Under the pieces are notes generated by a model that saw nothing but the letters and a program-made list of their open reading frames with translations, made no database searches and had not been told where the DNA came from. Positions 33,084 to 44,962 of a stretch of 64,000 nt of DNA are shown here, piece after piece. Position 1 is the first letter of the stretch; each line of letters opens with the position of its first letter. Origin of the DNA: Schizochytrium sp. TIO01 (taxonomy: Eukaryota; Protista; Bigyra: Labyrinthulomycetes). Location of the stretch: assembly GCA_004764695.1 (NCBI GenBank), contig SMSO01000014.1:6872029-6936028 (forward strand), given 5' to 3'. The position numbers and the translations under genes are program-made.

Positions 33084-35261
33084 ATGATTCGAGCTATTGT
33101 GCGTGTTCGAGGAGGTAAGGGCAACTCCATTCAAGATAATCTGGCAAGTGAATCAAATTTAACTGCGAAACCATCCTCCTTGTCCACAGCTGAGTTTGAT
33201 GATGAAGCAAAACGAGAAAGAACGAAGAAAGGAAGATCAAATGTTTCTTCGGTAGATGAAAAGTCTAATAATTTCGAAGATGAACCCCAAGAGGCCTTTT
33301 TACAAATGATGGACGAAACAAAGATACGCATTCATACAGACGACCACGACCAATCAAGTCGTGAATTTGAATTTACACGATGTTTTGGTTCAGAGGTGAC
33401 ACAAGATGAATTTTACAAGGATTCTGGAGTGGAAGACCTCATCAATCACGCCCTTTCCGGTTATGCAGCCACACTTTTTACATATGGAGCGACTGGTTCT
33501 GGCAAAACATACACAACATTTGGATGCGAGGGTGTTGAGGGGTGTTTCGGTAATGCGGTACGAACTATTTTTCAACTCTTGGATACCTCAGAGTTCCAAG
33601 GGACATCCGTGAAAATGAGCAGCGTAGAAATCTACAATGATCGTTTGCAGGACCTTCTTACACAAAATACAAAACTAAATAGTACTCAAATACCAGGCTT
33701 AAAGTGGAGTGCCCGTGAACAAGGATTCGTTCTCAAAAATGTAAGAGCCATCAATGTGGATAACTGTGCTAGAGGTCTTGCGTGTCTACGTAAAACAATG
33801 CGACGCCGGCAGGTATCTGCTCACGCTCTCAATGACCGTTCCTCAAGAAGCCACTGCATTACAATTTTATTTTTAGAAAACCAAGTCACAGGGAAATACG
33901 GCAAAATTATGTTCTGCGATTTAGCTGGCTCAGAACGGATCAAGCGAACAGATTCTCAAAATGCAAAAGAATCTGGTGGTCTCAATAAGAGTTTATTTAC
34001 CTTAAGCAAAGTCGTTCGCGCACTAGACAATAAGAATGGCCCAAAGCCTCCATATCGCGATTCAGCATTAACCAAGTTGCTTTGTTCATCGCTTGGAGGC
34101 TGCAGTATGTGCATGATGATCGCGTGTGTATCACCACAGACAAATTGCCTCTCGGAATCCATGAGAACATTGCGTTTTGCAGCGCGAACTATGCGGATTA
34201 AGAATACACCTATCATTTTTCGAAGCAAGCACGATCGCCTTGTTGAGAAACTTCGTACGCAAATACGAGAGCTCACAGTTGAGAATGAAGTTCTTCGACA
34301 GCGTGTAGAGGAGCTCTGTACGACATCTGACATGACCCGTATACAGCAGGATCTGTTAGGCCAAGACCGAGATGAAGCCCAACAGCTTCCACTAATGTCA
34401 AGACCGGCCGTAGCATCCTCAAAAGATAGCTTATTTGGCAGGAGAAGTAATTTAGAATTTGAGCTATTGAGCATCTCGGAACGCGGGAATGGGATGATGA
34501 ACGAGGTTTCCAGCAACCTCAATATCGATGCTTCAACATCAAGCCAAAGCAAGGCAGACATTGTTGTACCAACGGTTGCTTCTTCTGATTCCGACTTTCA
34601 GGAGACAGTTCCTGAAGTGGATGAAGACAATAAATACGAGGATGACTTTGATACATGCTATGACCAAGCTATGGCAGTGGATCTGGACAAAAAGAAGGAA
34701 ACACAGACTTGCAGTATTGAGCGAGCCAATCTGTACGATCAGAGCAGCTTTCAGACTTCATTGAATGATGCCCAAGAGTTCAATAATATGATAAGTCAGG
34801 GACTCTCTCCAGAACCCATCGGCACAACAATTTTGGGAACTGGATTATCTCACTCCACGCAGAATAACTTCAGTTATTTCTCATCTCAAGCAGGTACGAT
34901 GCCAGACTTAATATCTCAACAGCAAAACTTCCAGGAAGGCCTTTTCCAAGCGCTTTTTACACATGACCATGAGCCTTTGGCACAAGAGATTAAGCATAGA
35001 CCAGCATTCGCAGGCGTATATAACAACCCCTTGCCCGTACCTCGGGCCCCAAGCATACTCAAGAAAGGCACGAAATCAGCTTCTCCCCGGATACGCAAAT
35101 TGAGCGCCCAACGGCATACGAAAGGCAAAACCAAAAAAACGGCGAGTCGTCTTCGTGTCCGAGCGTTGCGAGATGAGGTCGAATCAAAACAAGTGCAGCA
35201 AGTGGTGTCTAATTGGATTACTCACCATCGAACAAGGTATTCAAATGACTTTGTTTTCTGA
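33084..35261 (+). CDS. Second, more divergent kinesin-16/KIF12-like motor protein
   Basis: MIRAIVRVR, P-loop TYGATGSGKT, LKWSAREQGFVL, SSRSH, GKIMFCDLAGSE, PYRDSALTKLL, then a neck coiled coil and a disordered tail. Confidence 0.9.
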   Translation: MIRAIVRVRGGKGNSIQDNLASESNLTAKPSSLSTAEFDDEAKRERTKKGRSNVSSVDEKSNNFEDEPQEAFLQMMDETKIRIHTDDHDQSSREFEFTRCFGSEVTQDEFYKDSGVEDLINHALSGYAATLFTYGATGSGKTYTTFGCEGVEGCFGNAVRTIFQLLDTSEFQGTSVKMSSVEIYNDRLQDLLTQNTKLNSTQIPGLKWSAREQGFVLKNVRAINVDNCARGLACLRKTMRRRQVSAHALNDRSSRSHCITILFLENQVTGKYGKIMFCDLAGSERIKRTDSQNAKESGGLNKSLFTLSKVVRALDNKNGPKPPYRDSALTKLLCSSLGGCSMCMMIACVSPQTNCLSESMRTLRFAARTMRIKNTPIIFRSKHDRLVEKLRTQIRELTVENEVLRQRVEELCTTSDMTRIQQDLLGQDRDEAQQLPLMSRPAVASSKDSLFGRRSNLEFELLSISERGNGMMNEVSSNLNIDASTSSQSKADIVVPTVASSDSDFQETVPEVDEDNKYEDDFDTCYDQAMAVDLDKKKETQTCSIERANLYDQSSFQTSLNDAQEFNNMISQGLSPEPIGTTILGTGLSHSTQNNFSYFSSQAGTMPDLISQQQNFQEGLFQALFTHDHEPLAQEIKHRPAFAGVYNNPLPVPRAPSILKKGTKSASPRIRKLSAQRHTKGKTKKTASRLRVRALRDEVESKQVQQVVSNWITHHRTRYSNDFVF

Positions 35262-35772
35262 TAGCTTCCATGAATAGAACTGATAAAATAAGCGATTGTT
35301 TTAAATGTACAAAATTTAGATCTTGCACATTCTCTAGATAGAATAAAATGGAATTCCCATTTTAGGAAATCAAGATTACTAGAGATCAAAAGAAAAGAAA
35401 TGCTACTTAGGCAGTTGATTTCCCAATCAACAAGATTAGATTGTGCGCATGGATGTTATTGGAGCTCTTACTAACTACTCAACATGATCTACATCTCTAA
35501 CGTTCGCTTTTGTCCTTCAAGTAAAAATAGAATGAACTTTAGATAAATTGAGGAAGCGGACTTCATAGAATGTGTTCTTCTTTTGCTTTTTAGCACAAAA
35601 CTATCAGGGGTGGCTCGGCCCGGGCCTGCTCAAGTACAGTTCATTTGTTTTTCATGACAAAACGCAATGCTGCACTTGAGAGGAAATTAAGAAACCTCCT
35701 AAGGAAGTTTCTCGATTCATACATTCTCGCAAAATCGAACGTCAGGGTCACTATGTCCTCGAACATTGCAAC

Positions 35773-37104
35773 TTAATGCCAAGAGCCATCAATATATTCT
35801 TCAGCAATGTCTTCGCAGTTCATAGCAGCTGGAATACTTCGTCTAGCAACTGGGATGGTATTTGAACTCTCAAAGACCTTGTCTTCAGCTTCACGCCTTG
35901 AGGAGGTTTTACGTGAGCTTTTCTTGCTAGATCTACGCTGATTAGATTCTGGATGTTCACCAAAATCATTGCAGCCATTGTCATCAGACAATGCTTTGCT
36001 GCGAGTTGACCTGCTCTCTGTGATGCTTCGACGTGTTTTGGAAGAATGACCACTGGACTGGCGTTTGGAGGGCTTAATAGGTTTGTCATCATCAACGTCA
36101 CTATCGATCGAACATGTTGCAGATTTGGACTTAATCGTGTCTGAATTGTTTGCTTGGGTGGTGCGACGCTCTTTTGAGGACGAGGTCTTGCTTGACGATT
36201 TTGATGATGACGATTTCTTTTCTGTTGCGCTTCGGCGTTTCGAAGACGACGAGCTTTCTAGAGATTTTTCTGATGCTCGATTGGATCGAGAGGACTTTCT
36301 TTCTGACTTACTGGAAGATTTCTTTTTACTGGTATTGGTCTCGCCAGTACTGTCAAGACTTCCGCTAGGAAGTGAGTTAGCATCAAAGGTGCCAGAATCT
36401 GTTGGAGAACATGATGATGATCTAGATGAAGACGACTTATGCCTGCTACTGGATGCTTTATTGGAGCGGCGCGAAGACCGTTTACTATCTGTCTTTGATT
36501 TGCTTGATCGTGACTTGCGAGAGCTGTGCCCATCGCTCTCGATCGAGGAAACACTTGTATCAGGCTCCAGTTCCTTACTTTCAAATTCGAAAGCATATTT
36601 CGTGACAGGCAATTTGTCATCTGTTTCTACAGACTCTAGTACTTTGTCGATACGGGTAAGCAGGTTATCCCGAGTATCAACTGTTTTTCGCTGAAGCGCT
36701 ACTTCGCGAAGGGTTTCTACTCCGGTTCGCTCTGTCCAAAGTTTCATCTTCTTTCGCAGAGCATACACCCACTGGATTGCCTCATCGCGCGATGGAGTTC
36801 GAATTACTAAACGACGTGAGTTTGCAACTATCTCAAGAGAATATGTACCGTATTCGTCTCGATTGAACTGATCTTCAAGTCGCGATTCTGAGTGTAAAGT
36901 ACGAATTCGAAGAACTTCTTGAAAGTTGATGAAACCACATGGTTTTTCACCTGAGAAAGGGTCCGCGGTTTTGAACCATTTGATCCTATCACGAACTACC
37001 ACAAAGTATCGCTTACTCCAAGCCTTGGTAACATGCCTTGCGAGGGAGTTTCCTTCATGTGTGCGTCTCAGCTTTAGAAACCACCCTTGCAATTGAGAGC
37101 TCAT
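35773..37104 (-). CDS. N-terminal PH-domain protein with long Ser/Lys/Arg-rich disordered tail (443 aa)
   Basis: LQGWFLKL...WSKRYFVV...KPCGFINF...DEAIQWVYALR, followed by SKSSSK-type low complexity. Confidence 0.85.
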   Translation of the reverse strand: MSSQLQGWFLKLRRTHEGNSLARHVTKAWSKRYFVVVRDRIKWFKTADPFSGEKPCGFINFQEVLRIRTLHSESRLEDQFNRDEYGTYSLEIVANSRRLVIRTPSRDEAIQWVYALRKKMKLWTERTGVETLREVALQRKTVDTRDNLLTRIDKVLESVETDDKLPVTKYAFEFESKELEPDTSVSSIESDGHSSRKSRSSKSKTDSKRSSRRSNKASSSRHKSSSSRSSSCSPTDSGTFDANSLPSGSLDSTGETNTSKKKSSSKSERKSSRSNRASEKSLESSSSSKRRSATEKKSSSSKSSSKTSSSKERRTTQANNSDTIKSKSATCSIDSDVDDDKPIKPSKRQSSGHSSKTRRSITESRSTRSKALSDDNGCNDFGEHPESNQRRSSKKSSRKTSSRREAEDKVFESSNTIPVARRSIPAAMNCEDIAEEYIDGSWH

Positions 37105-38595
37105 TTACAAGTACTTCTTTGAACACCAATGATATGTTGATTTGAACGCCAGATGTAGTTTGTGCACGACCGCACAAGCGCCTTTATCTATTGTCTCAAG
37201 TTTCAGATTTGGTTTTGCTGCGGTTGTATCTCTAATGCGTGTCAAAAACTTTTCCTCGCTTTTAAAACGTCAATATAACATTTATCTATTTATTCTTGCA
37301 TCATTCGTTTACTGAGTTCTCGACTAATACTATCTCACCGTCGTCAACGAGTAGCTAGCTAGTAAGCGTGCCACTAAGAGATATAATGGAAGGGGGTGTA
37401 ACCTGCAATACAACTTCAGAGGTGGTTTTGATAAGGCTCTCTTCAACGTTGACATGAGTACAATATTGAAACGCACTGAAATGTGGAAACTATCCGTTGA
37501 CGGCCCATATATTTTAATTTATAAAATTCTATTTAGAGGCCCGAGTATATTTAAAAATTTATTTTTAATTTTATAAAATATTAAAAGCGCGAAACAAAAA
37601 TGCCTAACAACTTTCATTGTTCTGTTCTGAATCAACCAAGAGTCAACCATGTGCTTTCTGTAAGTAAGCAGCTCACCTTGATATTTTGGCCTCTTGATCT
37701 CTGGCTAGCTTACCCAACCATGCAATGTTCTTACAAAACCATCGAGCTCTACCTCACTTCACTTCACATATTTGAAGATTTGCTATGCAGGTTTCACAAG
37801 CAAAATGGTAGTAGCACTTCTCAAATCGTGGTTTTTCTGTACTTTTTGGTTGAAAATTAATCAGCAAATCCACGAGAAAAGCCTATCCATATAGGCCTCC
37901 CAACTTTGCTTCAATAATACGTTTCACTCACAGCTAGTATATCGCCTCCAAAATATGCATAAGAACGATGCATACGAGCCTCCGTTCATGTCATTTTAGC
38001 GTTTCCTAAATTTGATCTTTCATCTTCCGAATCTTTATGCGAGGATCTATGCTGGTAATACTTCAGCTACTCGGATTTCAGATGAATCTCAAAATTAGGC
38101 TGGAACATCGTGTTATATCAACTGAAACTTAGAAGGTGTTGTGAATCACCTGACTATGTATCGTGGAATCAACATTTGGGGGGGGGGGAGAGAAAGGTTC
38201 CTTTCTCAAAATACTTGTAAGTTTTAACGCAGGAACTTCAAATAATCTTTTTAGTTGGGTTGAATAGATGTTCTTCACTAGTTGTTATCGAGTAACTTTA
38301 AACTTGAGACCATTTCTCCTTCTTCGTCCCGAAAGTTTTGCAAATAAGCTCAAAATAGATTGCTTTCCTTGATTGAATATTCATTTATGAAGTAACTATG
38401 TTTTAAAGCCAATATCTGAAAACAAGGAAATTATTCTCTATCCCAAAATCCCTTTCATTCACTTGCCTAGGATTGCGTCGTTCCAATTGTCCAAGCGCAG
38501 AGGCCTAGGTAGCTTTGCCAAGGTTCGCAAATTGTTGAGAATAGCCTGGTATTAGGTTCTTTGCGATTTAAAATATATAAAAACAATTACACTTC

Positions 38596-39041
38596 ATGTG
38601 CAACTCTAAAACACTGTTGCATAGGATCCCCAGAACACATGACCTGCAGCAAACTCCAAACGCAAGACCTCAAGCCTCGGAATCAGGTCTAAAGCACAAG
38701 TCCAAAAGAAAAAGAAGAAGAAGAAGAAGTAAGATGGCGCCGAAGGATCAGAGAAAACATGATGAAAAAGAGATGCTGAGGCATTTCACCAGATTTTATG
38801 AAATTTTCAAGAATCTGAATGATGTAATAGAGAAGAAGAAACCCTTTGCTTTGATTTATCTCGTGACGTGCCCCTAGTTATGCGGAGTCCCCAAGCGGCC
38901 TTGGACGCAGTCAAAGAGCGGGAAATCATCTATGACAACCCTGACTTCGTCCGCATGCTGATGAAAACGGAAGAGGCACTTGGCATCAAAAGTGACGAGG
39001 ATCTAGAGCGGGTCATGGGCATTAAACCTCGAGGCAAGTGA
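38596..39041 (+). pseudogene. Frameshifted dual-specificity-phosphatase-like relic lacking the HCxxGxxRS loop
   Basis: Frame 1 (to 38877) gives EMLRHFTRFYEIFKNL...FALIYL. A 1-nt shift near 38862 continues RDVPLVMRSPQAALDAVKEREIIYDNPDFVRMLMKTEEALG... to TGA at 39039-39041. This matches the DSP C-terminal pattern AYLM...A...V+.+R.I..N..F...L...E. Confidence 0.45.
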
Positions 39042-39451
39042 ATTCCTCCCTATCGTAGCAGGGAATGAGGCTTACTTAAGGATGACAAAGAAAAAAATAT
39101 TTGTAGGTAGCTTTTTGACTGCCAGTGGAATATAATTTATAATTACTGTCGAAGAGTCTGGTATGCGACAAGGGCCAAAGTTGATGCTTGCCCATGAGAA
39201 CTTGCCAAGAATGGCCTCAGAAGCTCGTAAAATAAAAGGAAACTTCAACAAGACTTCCAAACTCCGCCTGAGAGATAAAATCTAAAGATAGTATGCCTTT
39301 TATTATGTCACCATAATCCCTTAAACGGTGTTTGGGAAGCGCGGTTCAAAGTAGAGCTAGATGAAGAGTCGCAGAGACTGCGCTGCATCGTTAAAAGATT
39401 GAGAATAAAATTGCCAGACGCATTGTAGAGAAGTGATTTATGGCAAGTCTT

Positions 39452-40812
39452 TTAATGCTTGGCTTTCTTGGCTGCCGGTTCTTCACCGTTAGACTCTTCA
39501 AGGTATGACTTTGGTACTCGGCTCGTTTCTGTCTGCTGGTTGAAAACCGGGTTAAGTTGTTGCGTGCAACGAATAAATGTAGTCCGCTTGGATAACTCCT
39601 TGACCGAAATGGCTCCAACGTAGGTGCATGCAGAGCGCATACCACCGAGAATCTCCAGCATGGTTGCCTTCACGGGACCGCGGTATGGGACCTGAACAGA
39701 CTTTCCTTCCGAAGCACGGTAGTTGTTAACTTTTCCAACATGGCGTTCCATGGCTGTTGTGGAAGACATGCCATAAAACTCCTTAAATTGGCGTCCATTG
39801 ACCTCAACAAGCTCGCCACCACTCTCATCGTGGCCTGCAAACATACCACCAGACATCACAAAGTCTGCACCCGCACCAAGGGCCTTAGCAAAATCACCCG
39901 GGCAGGCACAACCTCCGTCAGAGACCACGCAGCCACCTAGACCATGGGCACTGTCACTGCAGTCAAGAACAGCGGAAAGTTGAGGGTATCCGACACCAGT
40001 CTGCTTGCGAGTGGTGCATACAGAGCCCGGACCAATCCCAACCTTGACGATATCAGCGCCACTAAGGATGAGTTCTTCAACCATCTCACCTGTGACAACA
40101 TTGCCAGCAATGATTGTGTGGTTGGGATGATTGGCACGAACCTTGCGCACAGTAGAAACAAAGTTCTCTGAGTACCCATTGGCAACATCGAGGCAGATCA
40201 TTTTGATTTCAGGGATCTTCTCGAGAACCTCCTTGACGGTGTTAAGGTCATTCTCTGAAGTTCCAGCACTGACGGTGACGTATGGCAGTGCCTCAGGCTG
40301 CTCCTTGGCAAACTTGAGCCAGTCTTCGATTGAGTAGTGTTTGTGCACACAGACGATGACATGATGCTTACTCAGTTCAGTGGCCATCTCAAAGGTACCA
40401 GTGGTGTCCATGTTTGCTACCATGATGGGAACACCGGTCCATTCTTGCTTGCTGTGCTTGAACACGAATGTACGCTCAACACTGACTTCTGAGCGGCTCT
40501 TGAGGGTGGAGCGCTTAGGCCTATTTAAATATTCGTTCAAAAACCAAAAAGATAAAAACCAGCATCAGTACAACAGGGTAGTACTCAAATGTTAGTCGAA
40601 TGAACTGGTTATTCTCCCGCCAATTTACCTTTCACGCTTCACTGGACATTTCTTCCTTGCAATCTCTGGCAATGGTGCTGTGTAGTCCGTTATCAAGACG
40701 AGCTTGCCTTAAAAGTCCAGGTACCAGACGTCTTTCTTTCGCGTCCCAACTCTACCTACCTGATGAGCACGTCCTTGAAGTCCAAGCGGACCTCAGGTTC
40801 TACCCGCACCAT
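39452..40812 (-). CDS. GMPR: GMP reductase (type 1); exons 40812-40760 and 40520-39452 (373 aa)
   Basis: Spliced N-terminus [45 protein letters not shown], catalytic [29 protein letters not shown]. Intron GTAGGT(40759)...aatAG(40521). Confidence 0.97.
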
Positions 40813-43800
40813 CTTGCGTGCGTGTTGTAGCTGTTGCTCTACCTTCGAACTACAGCTGTAGCGCCGAGGCGTCTCTTGATTTGGGTTTGCTTGGATCGAA
40901 CTGCGTTTTCAAGGTGGCAAGGATTCTTCGTAACTAGTACAGTCTACTTATGATCTACGATTCTATGTATCGCAGTTCTTCTCTTTTCAAAGAACTATCT
41001 ACTACTACGTACCTACCACCAGGATAAAGCCTAATGGATATACTATCTACTACCCCTGATTAATTCGAAAAACATTTCTGTTTAATTTTAACAAAATTAT
41101 AATTATTAAAAAATGCGTATCATACTAGCCGCTTTCTATATGATAGTGGGCAGGAATAAGAAAAAGTAATAAAAAGCACGAATGGAGCCTGAGTACGGCG
41201 ATTCGATTTCAAGTAAAAACACAGAATCAAATAAATGCACATAGCTATTATGTCTATTTGACCCTTAGTGGTATCCAAAAACGCAAGTTAGGCCAAGAAA
41301 ACCAAGAAACGTACCATAGTTACTCATAAAGAGTAATGCATCCTTTTGTGTGCCTAAGGTGTCTAAACAAGGCACTGGTTGAAAGAGTACTTTGTAGCCG
41401 ACTCCAGTGATGTCGTAAGTGTATGCACCAAATAGACAGAGAAAATACTTCTCAGTTATAAACGTCCCTTCTTGTAGGTCGAAAATCGTTTCGTTACTTA
41501 GCAGACCAGTGCACTTTATTCTGTTTTTTTAATTTATTATTATTGAAATGGAGTATCAAACTGTTTCTTTTAGTAAATCTTGATGCTTTTTTCTTTTTCT
41601 TTTTTAAATTTTAAAATAATTATCTGCAAGAAACCAGTTTGTAGAGATGTGAAAAAAGGTATCTTGCCAGTTTACAGTGGTCGATGCGGCTAGCTTACGA
41701 TCGAGTTGCAGAAGCGCATGCAAATGAGCGTCTCTTTTGATGGCAAACGTCGCCCAGGGCTTGTTGTACGGCTACGTCAAGGCAAGTTTTTATTCTTCAG
41801 AAACAAAAAAATAGCAGAAAAATCATCCCTATACAGCCTCAGTATCTTTTTCAATTTTTAATTAAATAATAAAAATCTTCAATCAATTTTACCCGATACA
41901 TATATAATACTTTAGGACTTCTTAGATGAAACTCGAAATTAGAATAGCCATCAACTTTCTCTAGTCAAAGACCAATGCTGATCCCTTTTCCCTTAACCTA
42001 GCACGCGAAACATGGCATGACAGTTCTAAGATGATTGCATACCTTGTTCTCGGCAGCCATTTTGCCTCCGAAGTATCTCGATGTTGTGTTTCCCTCAACG
42101 AAGTTTGTTCTTTCAAGCCATAGTGGCTAGATAGGCCTTCTAACAAGCCCCAGAACATTTTAATTCAATTTCGCGAGATCTCTTTCGTCGGGCGAAGTTG
42201 GGCTATCGTTGATCTTGACGACGCGCCAATAACTAGAAGTGTGTTTTGAAATATAGACCATTGGTTGCGTCCAGCTTTGCAAGGTATGAAGTTCTTTCGC
42301 AAAAGCTCAGGAGGGTCCGGAAGAATGTTTTCCGCTATTATGTGGTGGGGTATATTGTGACCTTACTGAAGTTGTGAAGTGTGCGAAAAAGGGCGGAGGA
42401 TGTGAGTGGCTTTTAGAAGGGGGTAGGGCAGGGAAGAACGAAGTCCAAATTTTAGGCCTTCTTCACTTGAAGAAATAGGTTCCATTGCATGCAGTCACAT
42501 TGCTACACCATGTGTGGCCTAGAGAAAAGGTTGCAGAGTTGTCGATGAGCTCTTTGACTTAAGTTTAGACTGGAAAACACATTGCAAGTTGTAAGAAGAC
42601 CGTGCATAAATGTAGTAACGAAGGGCAAATATTTGCAGGACCATCATCAACATATCCTTCAAAGTACCAAATGCATTCATCTCAAGAGATTGTCTATCTA
42701 GGGTGTAAGAAAAAAATGTTATAACTTCATAGGCTAATTTTAGACATTTACAATGCTCTATATTTGACAAATTTTGTAATTTTCGTCGGAAGAATCCAAA
42801 CTAACAACCCTTAAACCCCCTACGCCATTGCCTATGATAATAACGTTTCGAACTAAATTCAGAGTACATACAAGCTATCTGAGCTTGACTGTAGCTATTC
42901 ACTGATGTTTATCCCACCAGAGTAGAAATAGGGGCTCAAATGCTCATGAAAAGGAACACACTATCTAAGCGTAGGATAATTACAAAAGGGCGGCACAACA
43001 CATAAATATACAAATATGTTATTTTAGGATTATTACTACCTACATCTTCAAGCTTCTGTGACTTTGGGTCAGTCATAATTTTAGAACTCTCATAAAAATA
43101 TCTGTGGTGAAGTGCCTCAAAACTTATCTTAAATGCTCTAAAAGCCTAGATGCACAGCAGAGTGATGTGCGAAATACCATTGAGTGGCTAGCTATATCTA
43201 GTTCTAGACGTCAAATGGAAAACTTGGTTTCTGTGAGAAAGAAAGAAGTAGAACTAGCTTCTTACTTTAATTATCGTGGGCTCTTTCAGTCATCTTCTAC
43301 AGTGTAGCTGTCAGGCGCTCTAAGAGGTTGAGTGTCTAAATTTGCACCTTATATTGTTTTGGTTTTTGACATGGTATACTCCTGATTTGTAGAGCTAAGC
43401 AACTGGACATGCTTTGAGTAAACCCTCGCATACGATCTCTTGGACATTGTGATTCTTAATTAGCTTTTTTAGCGCCAATTGGTGTAGGGGAGGGAAAGAA
43501 AAGAAAGAAACATAATAGAGTATATTCAGTTTCGCCCTGATCACTATTTAATTTTTTTTTAGGGATACTTGTAACCCGGAACCAGATCGAGGATTTCTCA
43601 TGGAGGCAAGCTTGAGAATTCCTTCTCCCGAGTAGCCACTCTCACAGCCAAAACTAAGGCATCAATCAATCTTACAAGGTATTTGCAAAGCTTCAACTTA
43701 ACAACCGAAACTTCAGGCGTGCGACTCACAAGGATATTTCTTCTGATGTTCTATTCGATTAGCTCTTGAGGCACTAGGTCGTAGCTAACCAAATAGAATA

Positions 43801-44280
43801 CATCTCAACCAATGCCTACCATCGTTTCGCCTATAGAAGAGTTTTATTGTTCACAGCAATTTCGAAGAGTAATATTAGGGCAATCAAATCATGGCCTGAG
43901 GATACAACCTCCTGTGTTGTAGCTGAAATGCCTTGCTCTGCCTCTCGAGTTGCCTGTGTTATGTCCTAATAATTCTTAGGTCAACTAGAACTAGATACAC
44001 TTTAGATATTAGCGATGTGAGTAATACCTATATAGACACTATAAAGGGCTTTTGCATATGCTTATCAAGAAAGATCAGACGCAGTGACCTCTACTATGAA
44101 ATACGCTAAGGAGTCTTATTGTGTATCTTGTCCTATCGCTCTCTTGACTACACATGAATACGACTACCTGTGAATCATGATAATCATAGAGAAGGAAGCA
44201 TCACAGCACAGAAGCAAACACGCATCATTGATCTCAGAAGTTTACGTCAAGGACAGACAGGAAGACCAGAAGCAGAGAAG

Positions 44281-44962
44281 ATGTTCCGTGCCGGCATCAG
44301 CAACCCTCTTCTTAAGGTGGCCACCCGTACTGTGGCTCGCCAGCAGACCCGCTCTCTCACCATCCCCATCAACCAGGTAAGTTCATGCTGGAAAGAAACG
44401 ACCTAGGTAGTTAGTACCTAGCACTTGCTCGCAAGACAGTAAACTTCTTACGAGGCAACGAGTTGCACTAACTAACTTATGGCATGAAAATCTATGTGTC
44501 CTGGCTGTATCTTCTTACACACCAATGAACATGATACATACTATGACACGGATCTTTTTGGTCTGATCATCTTCTTTGCGTACCTTGTGTACATTCCTAT
44601 CGACGTGTGGTATTTACTTAAATTCTTTAATTGGACAGGTCTCTAGCGCTATGGAGTGCAACGTCAAGAACGAGGAAACCGCTGAGAAGGCTGACCTCAT
44701 CACGAAAAAGCTTGCTGCCAAGTACAAGGAGCTCCACGCTGACGGCTACGTTGGCTACACTCGTATGGTGTGCAAGGCCAAGTGGGACTACAAGGCCATC
44801 CACGTCTTCTCAAACCTTGACCACTTCGTTGGCAAGCATGTGAAGGATGAGACTAGTCAGCGTGAGTTCAACGATGCTGTTGGTGAGCTCAAGGAGCTTA
44901 TCGGTGGCGATGTTCACACTCAGAACTACGTCTTTGACTTCGAGAAGATCCAGGTGCCCTAA
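44281..44962 (+). CDS. Small, probably mitochondrion-targeted uncharacterised protein; exons 44281-44376 and 44639-44962 (139 aa)
   Basis: Exon 1 MFRAGISNPLLKVATRTVARQQTRSL is a typical presequence. Phase-0 intron GTAAGT(44377)...gacAG(44638) joins to VSSAMECNVK...RMVCKAKWDYKAIHVF...QNYVFD. Strong high-expression-type codon bias. Confidence 0.85.

Noticed and set aside
42255-42300. Minus-strand FIPCKAGRNQ resembling a phosphatase P-loop
   Set aside because: Lacks His and the correctly spaced catalytic Arg, and lies on the opposite strand more than 3 kb from the DSP relic.
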